Assembly: GCA_965279315.1 (NCBI GenBank)
Contig: OZ257145.1
Span: 2,228,295-2,292,294, forward strand
Source: Alphaproteobacteria bacterium
GTDB lineage: Bacteria; Pseudomonadota; Alphaproteobacteria; Micavibrionales; UBA2020
Direction: 5' to 3'
Length of the DNA: 64,000 nucleotides
The notes under the pieces are model-generated. The model had not been told where the DNA came from and did no database searches. It saw nothing but the letters and a program-made list of their open reading frames with translations. This document shows positions 20,293 through 30,406 of this stretch, piece by piece; position 1 is the first letter of the stretch; each line of letters starts with the position of its first letter. Both the position numbers and the translations under genes were made by a program.

Positions 20293-20868
20293 ATGAACAA
20301 GTTTAAAGCCGCAATCGTTGCAGGCGTCGCTTTTGCGGCGCTGGCCGTTTCATCCGGCGCTTTCGCGGAAACGCACCCGATGACCTTCGCCGTCGTCGAC
20401 ATGAACAAGGTGATGCGCGAAGCGACCGCAGGTGACGATATCCGCACCGAGCTGAACGCGAAGAGCAAGCAGTTCCACACCGAACTTGAAAACCAGGACA
20501 AGACGCTTTCGGCGCAAAAAGAAGCGCTCGCGAAAAGCCGCGAAAGCATGACGGAAGATGCGTTCGAGAAAAAAGTGAAGGAGCTGCAGAACAAATACGG
20601 CGATGCCGAACGCCTGCTGCAGGAACGCCGCCGCACGCTGGATGTCGCCAGCAATACCTCGCGCAACAAGCTGCTGACCGAAGCAACCAAGGTCATTGCC
20701 GATATCGCGAAGGAGCGGGGCTATTCGACCGTCTTCACGCAAGAAGCCGTGCTGCTGGCCGAACCCGAGCTCGACATCACAGCCGAAGTCGTGACCCGCA
20801 TGAACAAGACGGTCAAGAAAATCGCCATCGACTGGAACGCGGCCAACAAAGCGCCCGTGAAACAGTAA
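20293..20868 (+). CDS. skp: OmpH/Skp family periplasmic chaperone
   Basis: Signal peptide, FAVVDMNKV, coiled coil, LDITAEV; position between bamA and lpxD. Confidence 0.88.
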   Translation: MNKFKAAIVAGVAFAALAVSSGAFAETHPMTFAVVDMNKVMREATAGDDIRTELNAKSKQFHTELENQDKTLSAQKEALAKSRESMTEDAFEKKVKELQNKYGDAERLLQERRRTLDVASNTSRNKLLTEATKVIADIAKERGYSTVFTQEAVLLAEPELDITAEVVTRMNKTVKKIAIDWNAANKAPVKQ

Positions 20869-21899
20869 TGGCTGACAAGCGTTTCTTTACGGTCGCGGGT
20901 CCATTCACGCTGGGTCAGCTTGCTGAAATCACGGGCTCTGAGCTTTCTGATCCTGCCGCTGCGACGCGCGTTGTGAATGATGTTGCACCGCTGCAGGAAG
21001 CAAATGAAAACCAGATAACCTTTCTTGATAACCGCAAATACGCCGATTATTTCCGTGCTTCGAAAGCGGCAGCCGTTTTTGTGAAGCCTGAAATGGCGGG
21101 CGAGGCGCCGGCGGGTGTCGTTACCCTCAAAAATAAAAATCCTTACAAGGCCTATGCACTTGCGGCGCAGGCCTTCTATCCGTCCAAAGTACGCGAAGAA
21201 TACCGCGCGCCGACTGCCGTGATTGATCACACCGCCTCCATCGGTGCGAACTGCCATATCGAACATGGCGTGGTCATTGGTAAAAATGTCAAGATCGGCG
21301 CGAATTGCCGCATTCAGGCGCAAGCCGTTATCCGGGACGGCGTTGAAATTGGCGACGACAGCGATGTTGGCGCAAATACTTATATCAGCCATGCCATCAT
21401 CGGAAAAAAACTGAAGCTGCATCCGGGCGCGGTCATCGGCCGCCAAGGCTTCGGTTTCGCCATTGACCCGACGGGTTATATCCCCGTGCCGCAGCTTGGC
21501 CGCGTCATTATCGAGGATGATGTGGAGATCGGCGCGAATTCGACAGTCGATCGCGGTTCAGGTCCCGATACCGTCATAGGCCGCGGCACGCGCATCGATA
21601 ACCTTGTGCAGCTAGGCCACAACGTCAGGATCGGCAAATATTGCGTGATCGTGGCGCAGACAGGTATTTCCGGTTCGACGCAGCTGGGTGATTACGTCAT
21701 GACGGGTGGCCAGTCCGGTCTCGCCGGCCACCTGCATATCGGGTCGGGTGCGAAAATCGCCGCGCAGTCGGGCGTCATGCGCGATGTGGGCACGCAGGAA
21801 GAGGTCATGGGCAGCCCTGCCGTTCCCATCCGCCAGTTCATGCGCCAGAGCGCCATCGTTTCGAAAATGGCGACGACGAAAAAAGGAAGTGACGAATGA
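20868..21899 (+). CDS. lpxD: UDP-3-O-acylglucosamine N-acyltransferase
   Basis: Hexapeptide repeats, [23 protein letters not shown]. Confidence 0.97.
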   Translation: MADKRFFTVAGPFTLGQLAEITGSELSDPAAATRVVNDVAPLQEANENQITFLDNRKYADYFRASKAAAVFVKPEMAGEAPAGVVTLKNKNPYKAYALAAQAFYPSKVREEYRAPTAVIDHTASIGANCHIEHGVVIGKNVKIGANCRIQAQAVIRDGVEIGDDSDVGANTYISHAIIGKKLKLHPGAVIGRQGFGFAIDPTGYIPVPQLGRVIIEDDVEIGANSTVDRGSGPDTVIGRGTRIDNLVQLGHNVRIGKYCVIVAQTGISGSTQLGDYVMTGGQSGLAGHLHIGSGAKIAAQSGVMRDVGTQEEVMGSPAVPIRQFMRQSAIVSKMATTKKGSDE

Positions 21900-22345
21900 C
21901 CAGTTTATTGATCGACACCAAGCGCATCATGGAAATGATCCCGCACCGTTACCCGTTCCTGCTCATCGACCGCGTGCTGGATGTGGTGCCGAACGAAAGC
22001 GCGCTTGCGCTGAAAAACGTGACCATCAACGAAAACTTTTTCCAAGGCCATTTCCCGGGCGCGCCCGTGATGCCCGGCGTCTTGATCATCGAGGCAATGG
22101 CGCAGACCGCCGCCGCACTCGTCGTCCATTCAGCGGGAAAGGAGCTTGAAGGCAAACTTGTGTATTTTATGGCAATCGACGCGGCGAAGTTCCGCAAGCC
22201 CGTCGTCCCCGGCGACCAGCTCCATATCAGCGTCACCAAGCAGCAAAACCGCCGCAACGTCTGGAAATTCCAGGGTGAAGCCAAGGTTGACGGAGTTTTA
22301 TGCGCAGAAGCGGTGGTTACGGCTATGATTATGGATAAAGCTTGA
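21896..22345 (+). CDS. fabZ: 3-hydroxyacyl-ACP dehydratase
   Basis: [26 protein letters not shown]. Confidence 0.98.
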   Translation: MTSLLIDTKRIMEMIPHRYPFLLIDRVLDVVPNESALALKNVTINENFFQGHFPGAPVMPGVLIIEAMAQTAAALVVHSAGKELEGKLVYFMAIDAAKFRKPVVPGDQLHISVTKQQNRRNVWKFQGEAKVDGVLCAEAVVTAMIMDKA

Positions 22346-22439
22346 TAAATCCCTGAAATACTATGTCATAGAGCGTGATTTGCCCTGAATTCAACGGGTT
22401 GATACACATAAGATCAGTTTTATGACGATGGAGAAGACG

Positions 22440-23240
22440 ATGTCGAATATTCACGCAACTGTCGTAATCGAACAGGGTGCACAGCTGGGTGCCGATGTGA
22501 AAATCGGCCCGTATTGCGTTGTCGGCCCCAACGTAAAACTGGGCGACCGCGTAGAATTGAAATCGCATGTGGTGGTCGATGGTTACACGACCATCGGTGA
22601 CGACACGATCGTTTATCCTTTCGCATCGCTCGGCACCGCGCCGCAGGACCTGAAATTCAAGGGCGAAAAATCAGAACTCGTTATCGGCAAGAACAACAAG
22701 ATCCGCGAACATGTCACGATGAACCCCGGCACATCCGGCGACAAGATGAAAACCGTCGTCGGCGACAACTGCCTGTTCATGATGTCATCGCATGTGGCGC
22801 ATGACTGCGTCGTCGGTTCCAACGTCATCCTTGCCAACAACGCGACCCTTGCCGGCCATGTTGAAGTGGGCGACTACGCCATCATCGGTGGCCTGTCCGC
22901 TATCCACCAGTTCGTTCGCATCGGCCCTTTCGCCATGATTGGCGGCATGTCGGGCGTCGAATACGACGTGATCCCCTTCGGCCTCGTGAAGGGCGAACGC
23001 GCGCACCTCGCCGGCCTCAACTATGTCGGGCTGGAACGCCGCGGTTACACGAAGGAACAGATCCAGGGCCTCATGAAGGCGTTCAAGGAACTGTTCGACA
23101 ACCAGGGCACACTGGCGGAACGCACCGCGCGCGTCGCCAACGATTATCAGGCAGACCAGACGGTCATGCGCGTGATCGAATTCATCCGTGCGAAAGAAGG
23201 CCGCTCCGTCCTGCAGCCGCGCACAGGCACAGCCGGGTAA
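22440..23240 (+). CDS. lpxA: UDP-N-acetylglucosamine O-acyltransferase
   Basis: Hexapeptide repeats, PQDLKFKGE, HVAHDC; likely start MSNIHAT at 22440. Confidence 0.97.
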   Translation: MSNIHATVVIEQGAQLGADVKIGPYCVVGPNVKLGDRVELKSHVVVDGYTTIGDDTIVYPFASLGTAPQDLKFKGEKSELVIGKNNKIREHVTMNPGTSGDKMKTVVGDNCLFMMSSHVAHDCVVGSNVILANNATLAGHVEVGDYAIIGGLSAIHQFVRIGPFAMIGGMSGVEYDVIPFGLVKGERAHLAGLNYVGLERRGYTKEQIQGLMKAFKELFDNQGTLAERTARVANDYQADQTVMRVIEFIRAKEGRSVLQPRTGTAG

Positions 23241-23243
23241 CCT

Positions 23244-24056
23244 ATGTCGCGGCTCGGTATTATCGCGGGCGGCGGGGGACTCCCCAAAAAACTGATCGAT
23301 GCATGCAGGCGCGACCAGCGCCCGTTCTTCGTCCTCGGCTTCAAGGGCCAGACGGATAGCGCGACGCTGAACGGCACTGACCATGCATGGTCGAAACTGG
23401 GCGCCACCAACGAAGCAATCTCCATCCTCAAATCCCACGGCGTCGATACGCTTGTCATGGCAGGCAATATACGCCGCCCCAGCCTTGCCGAAATGAAACC
23501 TGACCTGCGCACCATGCAGGTCTTCGCGCGCCTTGGCATGAACGCGCTTGGCGATGACCGCCTGCTGAAGGCCGTTGCGGGCGAGCTGGAAAAGGACGGC
23601 TTTACAATTATCGGCGCGCATGAAATCGAACCTGCCTTGATCACGCCCGAAGGCGTGCTGGGCAATGTGCTGCTGTCAAACGAGGCGCGGCTTGATATAG
23701 AATTCGGCATCATCGTCACCAAAACGCTCGGCCGCCTTGATGTGGGGCAGGCGGCGGTTGTGCAGGGCGGCGTCGTGCTGGGCATCGAGGCAGTCGAGGG
23801 TACGGACGCGCTGCTGGAGCGTTGCCGCAAGCTGAAACGCAAAGGCAGGGGCGGCGTGCTGGTGAAGTCCTGCAAGCCGCAGCAGGACAAACGTATCGAC
23901 ATTCCCGCCATCGGCCTGCGCACCGTGCGCCGCGCGTTCGAGGCAGGGTTGCAGGGCATCGCGGTTGAATCGGGCGCATCGCTGCTCCTCGACCGCGAGG
24001 AAGTGATTGCAGCCGCCGATAAACTGGGACTTTTTATCATGGGATTCCGCGCATGA
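23244..24056 (+). CDS. lpxI: UDP-2,3-diacylglucosamine pyrophosphatase LpxI
   Basis: LGIIAGGGGLP, DVGQA, EAVEGTD, KPQQDKRIDIPAIG; sits between lpxA and lpxB. Confidence 0.93.
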   Translation: MSRLGIIAGGGGLPKKLIDACRRDQRPFFVLGFKGQTDSATLNGTDHAWSKLGATNEAISILKSHGVDTLVMAGNIRRPSLAEMKPDLRTMQVFARLGMNALGDDRLLKAVAGELEKDGFTIIGAHEIEPALITPEGVLGNVLLSNEARLDIEFGIIVTKTLGRLDVGQAAVVQGGVVLGIEAVEGTDALLERCRKLKRKGRGGVLVKSCKPQQDKRIDIPAIGLRTVRRAFEAGLQGIAVESGASLLLDREEVIAAADKLGLFIMGFRA

Positions 24057-25225
24057 CCGAACCGCTTCGCATCTTCATCATCGCGGGGGAGGCGTCGGGC
24101 GACCTGCTCGGCGGCAACCTCATGCGCGCGATCAAGATGACGCATCCTGAGGCGCAATTCACCGGCGTCGGCGGCCGGCGTATGGCGGCGGAGGGTTTGG
24201 CCAGCCTGTTCCCGATGGAGGAACTGTCCGTCATGGGCCTCGCCGAAGTCCTGCCGCGCGCGCTCGGCATTTTGGGACGCATACGCCAGACCGCCAAAGA
24301 AATCATCAAGCAGAAACCGGATGCCGTTATCACCATCGATTCCCCCGATTTCTGTTTCCGCGTCGTGACAAAGGCGCGCCCGAAATCCAAGGGTGTGCCG
24401 TTCATCCATTACGTTGCACCCAGCGTCTGGGCATGGCGGCCGGGCAGGGCGGAAAAAGTGTCGAAATTCCTCGACCATCTTTTGACCCTGCTGCCGTTTG
24501 AACCGCCGTATTTCGAACGTCATGGCCTGGCCGCGACCTTCGTCGGCCATCCGGTCGTGGAGCGTGAAAACCGTGGCGATGGTGACCGTTTCCGCCAGAA
24601 ACACGGGCTAAAGCCCGACCAGCCCATCCTCTGCATGCTGCCCGGCAGCCGCATGAGCGAACTGTCGCGCCTGCTGGATAAATTCTGCGATGCCGCCGAT
24701 ATCGTGTTGCGGAACAAGCATAACGCCGTCATCGTCATTCCCACGCTGCCGCACCTGAAAGATACCATCGACAAGTTTTTCCATGGCAAGGGCATCAACC
24801 CGATCCTTGTTTATTCCGAGGAAGAAAAATTCGATTGTTTCGCGGCCAGCGTGATTGCGATTGCGGCGTCGGGCACGGTGTCGCTGGAACTTGCGGTATC
24901 GGATACGCCGCATATCATCGCCTATAAACTCAGCCCCATCACGGCATGGTGGGCGAAGCGGTTGATCAAGACGCCGTATGTAAACCTCGTCAATATCCTG
25001 CTGAAGCGCCCCGTTGTGCCGGAACTGCTGCTCGACCAGTGCGAACCGGTGCCGATGTCCAGGGAACTGCTGCGCCTGATGGGCGACAAGGAAAGCCGCG
25101 TTGCGCAGCTGATGGATTTCCGCGAGGCGCTGATCAAGATTGGCCTCGGCGACCCCGAAACACCCGGCCAAAAGGCATCGCAAGCCGTGCTGGGCGTGAT
25201 TGAAAAGTGGAAGACCGCATCATGA
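24053..25225 (+). CDS. lpxB: Lipid-A-disaccharide synthase
   Basis: AGEASGDLLG, IDSPDF, YVAPSVWAWR, LPGSR. Confidence 0.97.
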   Translation: MTEPLRIFIIAGEASGDLLGGNLMRAIKMTHPEAQFTGVGGRRMAAEGLASLFPMEELSVMGLAEVLPRALGILGRIRQTAKEIIKQKPDAVITIDSPDFCFRVVTKARPKSKGVPFIHYVAPSVWAWRPGRAEKVSKFLDHLLTLLPFEPPYFERHGLAATFVGHPVVERENRGDGDRFRQKHGLKPDQPILCMLPGSRMSELSRLLDKFCDAADIVLRNKHNAVIVIPTLPHLKDTIDKFFHGKGINPILVYSEEEKFDCFAASVIAIAASGTVSLELAVSDTPHIIAYKLSPITAWWAKRLIKTPYVNLVNILLKRPVVPELLLDQCEPVPMSRELLRLMGDKESRVAQLMDFREALIKIGLGDPETPGQKASQAVLGVIEKWKTAS

Positions 25226-28200
25226 TGAAGAAGGCCGTCGCCTACCTGTTTTTCCTGTCGCTGTTCTTGCTGGCAATCGCGCTTGTCGCGCCGAGCTTTA
25301 TTGACTGGGGCCAGCATAAGGGCCAGATCATTGCGCAGCTGGAGCCGTATATTGCGCGCAAGATGGATGTGGGTGGGAAGGTATCGTTCCGCATCCTGCC
25401 CAACCCGGAAATCGTGCTGGAGGATGTGACGCTCGCGAATGTCGACGGCGCGAAATCCCCCGTATTCATGAAACTGAAGCAGCTGGAGGCCCGCATGAAG
25501 CTAGGCCCGCTGCTGCAGGGCCGTTACGAAATCGAGACGATCAACCTGGATGCGCCGGAGCTGAATTTCGAAACCCTGCCGGACGGCACGACGAACTGGA
25601 CGGGCGTGTTTAGCGAAGGCGAAGGTTCCGGCCCGAATGCCGATGCCGTACGGTTGAGTCAGGTCAGTATGACCGGCGGCACGCTGCATTACCTCGACCA
25701 GGCCACCGGCACACAATGGCAGGTCGATAACGTCAACCTTGCGACCTCCGCCGATACGCTGGCCGGCCCCTACCGCATCAAGGGCGATATGCGTTACAAG
25801 GACACCGTCGTTGGCATCGAGGCGGGGACAGGCAAATACGAACGTGGCACGCCGGTGCCGCTGAACGTCGCATTTGCCCCCGCCGAAAACATGCCGCAGG
25901 TGAAATTCAACGGCGTCGCCGATTTCGCGCAAGGCGTCGGCCTGCAAGGTGAAATATCGGTTGCGCAGGGAAGCTTTGGCAGCCTGTTCGACAGCGCCTT
26001 CCTGAACGGTTTTTCGTTCATGGCGGATGACGCCGATATGACGGCGATGCTGAACGCCAAACCCGGCGAAATTGCCCTGACGGATATCAAGGGCAGGATC
26101 GGCAAGAAGGGCGACGTAAAAGGCGTCGTATCCATCGTGTTCGTGGCAGGCAGGAAGCCCGATGTCACCGCAGACCTCGACACCAGCGATTTGAAAATCA
26201 GCGGCAAGCCTGGCTTCATCGACATTCCCGAAGGCTTTACCGCGCACCTGAAACTGAAGGCGCGCAGCGCGACTTTCGGCGGCATCTGGGTTCCCGGCAT
26301 CACCGCCAGCATCGACGGCACCGAGAAGGAATGGGTTATCAAGGACCTGCGCATCGACCTGCCCGGCAAATCGAAAATCAAGATGGCGGGCGTTGCGACG
26401 CCGAAAACGAAATATGCGGCGTACTCGATTCAAGTGAACAGCGATGACGCGCAAAAGATGCTTTCCGGCAACGGGTTTTCGGACACCAATATCCTGAAAT
26501 CGCTGGGCGCATCCGGGCTTGTGAAAAAACTGGAACTGTCGGGTAGCCTTGACGTGAAGGGCGACGATATCAGCCTGTTCGACATCAATGGAAAAATCAA
26601 CGGCGCGTCGGCGGTTTCCGGCGTTTTGAACATCAAACGCGGCGAAAAAACACCGGCCTTTGATGCGATCCTGAACCTCGACAAGGCCGATATCACGGCC
26701 GTGCTGTCGGATGAATATGCAGCCTTCATGGAAAAGGTCATGAAGTCCGACGCCGCGCTGACCATTCATGTGAACGACTTTACCAAGGGCAATATGGCCG
26801 GCCGCGATTTTTCGTTCAAGGGCAGGGTCGATGGCAACGCGCTGGCCATCGACAGCATGACCGGCACTTTTGGATCTGACGGAAATTTTTCGGTCAATGG
26901 CAAGGTCGCGTCGCTGAACCCGCTGACAGGCATGGATCTCGATTATGCCTTCAAGGTGTCTCAGCTGGGCGGGTTGACGGGCTATGGTATCGAAATTCCG
27001 CCGCCGCTCTGGGGCTCGAACGCGGCGGAGATGAAGGGGCATGTGACGGGCGATGCCAAAGTGTTCGGTTTCACCGCCGAAGGCACATCGCAGGGTGGCG
27101 ATGTATCCATGTCGGGAACGGCGACCGCCGGTAATCAGGGCACCTATGCCTACCAGAACGATATCGAGATCAAAAAGGCCAGCTGGTCGCAGATCGGGTT
27201 GCCGGTCGATAAGCTGTTTTCCGACGGCGCGCCGTTTTCGTTCAGCGCCAAACTGGTCGGCACGCGCGGCACGTACCAGTTCGATAACATCAAGGCGGGC
27301 GACGTCACGGGCACGCTGGGCCGCCGCGACGGGAAATATATCGGCGACCTGAGCGCGCCGGAGGTCAATTTCGATCGCTGGGTCTGGGAAGACTGGAAAC
27401 TGTCGGATGCGCTTGAACTGCGCCTGAAATCGCAAAAACTTGTCTGGCGCAGCAATGATGTTGCGAATGCGCAGTTGCAGCTGGAGGCTGGCCCCAACGA
27501 TATCAAGGTATCGGACATGAAGGGCGAGCTGTGGGGCGGCGCTGTTGCCGCCGATGTTGCGGCCACGCGCAAGGATGGCGGCTGGAAAGGCACGCTGAAA
27601 GGTGGCGTGACAAATGCCGGCCTGCAACAGCTGGTGGAACTCATGGAAATGAAGGGCTTCACACTGGGGCAGGGCGATATCACGTTTGATGTCGCCGAAG
27701 ACGGCAAGCAGCAGGACAAAAACTGGTTCCACGGCATTGATGGCGACCTGAAAATGAGCGCCGATAGCCTGAAGGTGCAGGATTTCAGCCCCCGTGCAGC
27801 CGGACGTTTTATTTCCGACACCAAGGGCAGCCGCGCTGAAACCCTTGCCGCTGATTTCACGAAAGCGTTGCGGTCTGAAGACACTACATACCGGAACGTG
27901 GAAGCGACGTTGAAAATCGGCGATGCGAAACTAACGATTGAAAAACTGCGCCTGCAGGATGCGGATGCGGTCACCACGGTCAGCGGCGCATTCGATATCC
28001 AGCCGGAAACATTCCATACAGCCGCCGATGTGCAGCTGAAGGGCGTCGACGGTTTCCCCGTTTTCTCCGTCAACCGTTCCGGCCCGATGGGCAAGGCTGC
28101 GGATTATAGCGTCGGCATGAAACCTGTCGAAATCTGGCTGACGAAAAACGCCGCGCCGGAACCCGTGTCCGTCGTCCCCGAAGCCGCCGCCGCGATGCCC

Positions 28201-28602
28201 GACCAGGCCGCGCCGCAGCTGTCACCCGATGTGCAGCCGCTGCTGCCACCGCAACGCACGCCGGACGAAGAACAATACCTGTCGCCGCAATCGACGCCGG
28301 AAGCCGCGCCGGCCGAAGGCGCGGGCATCCTCAATAACATTCCGGTTGAAACCGAGGAACTGGGCGATACAGGCGCGCCGGCCGATACGCCGCCGCAACC
28401 GGCAACAACAGAAACGCCCGCAACTTCGGTGACACCCGACGCGCCGGCGGAAGAGGGCATGAAAGGCGTGCTCGACCGCCTTAACGCGCTGCCGCCAGAG
28501 CCGGATGCGCCGGAAGGCCTGCGCGGCGAACAGCCGCCCGAAATGCCGGCCATAAATACGCCGCCCGCAGCGCAGCCGCAAGAGAGTGAAATGCTGGAAT
28601 AG
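25222..28602 (+). CDS. AsmA family protein with long Pro/Ala/Glu-rich C-terminal tail
   Basis: N-terminal TM followed by APSFIDW, RILPNPEIVLEDV, beta-rich body; next to the RHH/fumC block. Confidence 0.82.
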   Translation: MMKKAVAYLFFLSLFLLAIALVAPSFIDWGQHKGQIIAQLEPYIARKMDVGGKVSFRILPNPEIVLEDVTLANVDGAKSPVFMKLKQLEARMKLGPLLQGRYEIETINLDAPELNFETLPDGTTNWTGVFSEGEGSGPNADAVRLSQVSMTGGTLHYLDQATGTQWQVDNVNLATSADTLAGPYRIKGDMRYKDTVVGIEAGTGKYERGTPVPLNVAFAPAENMPQVKFNGVADFAQGVGLQGEISVAQGSFGSLFDSAFLNGFSFMADDADMTAMLNAKPGEIALTDIKGRIGKKGDVKGVVSIVFVAGRKPDVTADLDTSDLKISGKPGFIDIPEGFTAHLKLKARSATFGGIWVPGITASIDGTEKEWVIKDLRIDLPGKSKIKMAGVATPKTKYAAYSIQVNSDDAQKMLSGNGFSDTNILKSLGASGLVKKLELSGSLDVKGDDISLFDINGKINGASAVSGVLNIKRGEKTPAFDAILNLDKADITAVLSDEYAAFMEKVMKSDAALTIHVNDFTKGNMAGRDFSFKGRVDGNALAIDSMTGTFGSDGNFSVNGKVASLNPLTGMDLDYAFKVSQLGGLTGYGIEIPPPLWGSNAAEMKGHVTGDAKVFGFTAEGTSQGGDVSMSGTATAGNQGTYAYQNDIEIKKASWSQIGLPVDKLFSDGAPFSFSAKLVGTRGTYQFDNIKAGDVTGTLGRRDGKYIGDLSAPEVNFDRWVWEDWKLSDALELRLKSQKLVWRSNDVANAQLQLEAGPNDIKVSDMKGELWGGAVAADVAATRKDGGWKGTLKGGVTNAGLQQLVELMEMKGFTLGQGDITFDVAEDGKQQDKNWFHGIDGDLKMSADSLKVQDFSPRAAGRFISDTKGSRAETLAADFTKALRSEDTTYRNVEATLKIGDAKLTIEKLRLQDADAVTTVSGAFDIQPETFHTAADVQLKGVDGFPVFSVNRSGPMGKAADYSVGMKPVEIWLTKNAAPEPVSVVPEAAAAMPDQAAPQLSPDVQPLLPPQRTPDEEQYLSPQSTPEAAPAEGAGILNNIPVETEELGDTGAPADTPPQPATTETPATSVTPDAPAEEGMKGVLDRLNALPPEPDAPEGLRGEQPPEMPAINTPPAAQPQESEMLE

Positions 28603-28614
28603 GGAAGGCCGCGC

Positions 28615-28851
28615 TTACTTCGCTGCCGGATGCAGTTCGGGATGCTTGTAGAAGTCGAGGATGTAAACGCGCAATGCGCTCGACAGGTTTTCCGGCTGCG
28701 CCACATCAATCTCGGCTATCAGGCAGTTGACCGATTTGCTTTTCGCCGTCGCGATCTCTTTCAGGGATTCCCAAAATGCGACTTCGAGCGTGATGCTCGT
28801 GCGGTGGCCGGCTACCGTGACTGAATGCTTTTGTGATAAACGACGTGGCAC
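28615..28851 (-). CDS. Ribbon-helix-helix domain protein (RHH_4-like)
   Basis: KHSVTVAGHRTSITLEVAFWESL...NLSSALRVY. Confidence 0.88.
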   Translation of the reverse strand: MPRRLSQKHSVTVAGHRTSITLEVAFWESLKEIATAKSKSVNCLIAEIDVAQPENLSSALRVYILDFYKHPELHPAAK

Positions 28852-28854
28852 TTT

Positions 28855-30291
28855 TTAATCCTTCGGACCGATCATGTTCTCGGGGCGGACGGCTTCATCA
28901 AACGCCTCGGATGTTAAAAGTTTAAGCGCAATTGCGGCTTGTTTCAATGTCTTGTCTTCACGGAGCGCCTTTTTGGCGATCTTGGCGGCATTGTCATATC
29001 CAATCACGGGGTTCAACGCGGTCACCAGCATCAGGCTTTCATCCAGCAGGCGCTTGATGCGGTCGAGGTTGGGCTCGATCCCGATAACACAATTATCCGT
29101 AAAACTGTTGCAGGCATCGGCCAGCAGTCGGATCGATTGGAGCAGGTTGTAGATCATGACCGGCTTGAACACGTTCAGCTCGAAATGTCCGTTGCTGCCC
29201 GCGATCGAAATGGTGGTGTGGTTGCCCATGATTTGCGCGCAGACCATGGTCATGGCTTCCGACTGGGTCGGGTTTACCTTGCCGGGCATGATCGACGAAC
29301 CGGGTTCGTTTTCAGGCAGATGGATCTCGCCAATGCCGCAACGGGGGCCGGAGCCCAGCAGGCGGATGTCATTCGCGATCTTCATGAGGGAGCAGGCGAT
29401 GGTATTCAGCGCGCCGGAGGTTTCGACAATTGCGTCATGTGCCGCCATCGCCTCGAACTTGTTTTCGGCGGTGGTGAATTGCAGCTGGGTAATCTCGGAA
29501 ACTTTTTTGGCAAATAGTGCCGCGAAGCCACGCTTGCAGTTCAGGCCCGTGCCGACGGCGGTGCCGCCCTGCGCCAGTTGCGACAGGCGGGGCAGGCAGG
29601 CATTCACGCGCTCGATGCCATATTTTACCTGCACAGCATAGCCAGAGAATTCCTGACCGAGCGTGACGGGCGTCGCGTCCTGCAGGTGCGTGCGGCCGAT
29701 CTTGATGATTTTCGAAAATTCTTTCGATTTTTTTGCCAGCGCCTTGGTCAGTTTTTCCATCGCTGGCAACAATTGATGGCTGATCTGCTCGACCGCCGCA
29801 ATGTGCATGACGGTGGGGAAAGTGTCGTTCGAAGACTGGCCCATGTTCACATGGTCGTTCGGGTGCACGGGTTTTTTCGAACCCATTTCGCCGCCCATGA
29901 TCTCGATCGCGCGGTTGGAAACGACTTCGTTGATGTTCATGTTGGTCTGCGTGCCCGAACCGGTCTGCCAGACGACTAGCGGGAAATGCTCGTTCAGCGT
30001 GCCGTCCATCACTTCTTCGGCGGCATCAATGATTGCCGCGCCGATTTTTGCATCGAGGATTTTCAGTTCGATATTCGCCAGCGCCGCCGCCTTTTTCTGC
30101 ACGCCCAGCGCGCGAACGAGGGGGAGCGGCATGCGCTCCACGCCGATCTTGAAATTCTGCAGCGAGCGCTGCGTCTGCGCGCCCCAGTATTTGCGCGCCG
30201 AAACCTCGACCTCGCCCATGGAATCCGTTTCGATGCGCACGCCTGCGTCTTTGGGTGCAGCGCCGTTTTTCATGGAGGAGGATTTTGCCAT
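28855..30291 (-). CDS. fumC: Fumarate hydratase class II
   Basis: [29 protein letters not shown]. Confidence 0.98.
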   Translation of the reverse strand: MAKSSSMKNGAAPKDAGVRIETDSMGEVEVSARKYWGAQTQRSLQNFKIGVERMPLPLVRALGVQKKAAALANIELKILDAKIGAAIIDAAEEVMDGTLNEHFPLVVWQTGSGTQTNMNINEVVSNRAIEIMGGEMGSKKPVHPNDHVNMGQSSNDTFPTVMHIAAVEQISHQLLPAMEKLTKALAKKSKEFSKIIKIGRTHLQDATPVTLGQEFSGYAVQVKYGIERVNACLPRLSQLAQGGTAVGTGLNCKRGFAALFAKKVSEITQLQFTTAENKFEAMAAHDAIVETSGALNTIACSLMKIANDIRLLGSGPRCGIGEIHLPENEPGSSIMPGKVNPTQSEAMTMVCAQIMGNHTTISIAGSNGHFELNVFKPVMIYNLLQSIRLLADACNSFTDNCVIGIEPNLDRIKRLLDESLMLVTALNPVIGYDNAAKIAKKALREDKTLKQAAIALKLLTSEAFDEAVRPENMIGPKD

Positions 30292-30406
30292 TTTTGTTTT
30301 CCTTTATGGAGGCAAGCGGGTTCGTTAACGCAGGATAAAATTCGCGTATTTCATATGCAACTGCTTTAACGCAATCTGGCCGAAAAACGCACTTAATATG
30401 TCAATA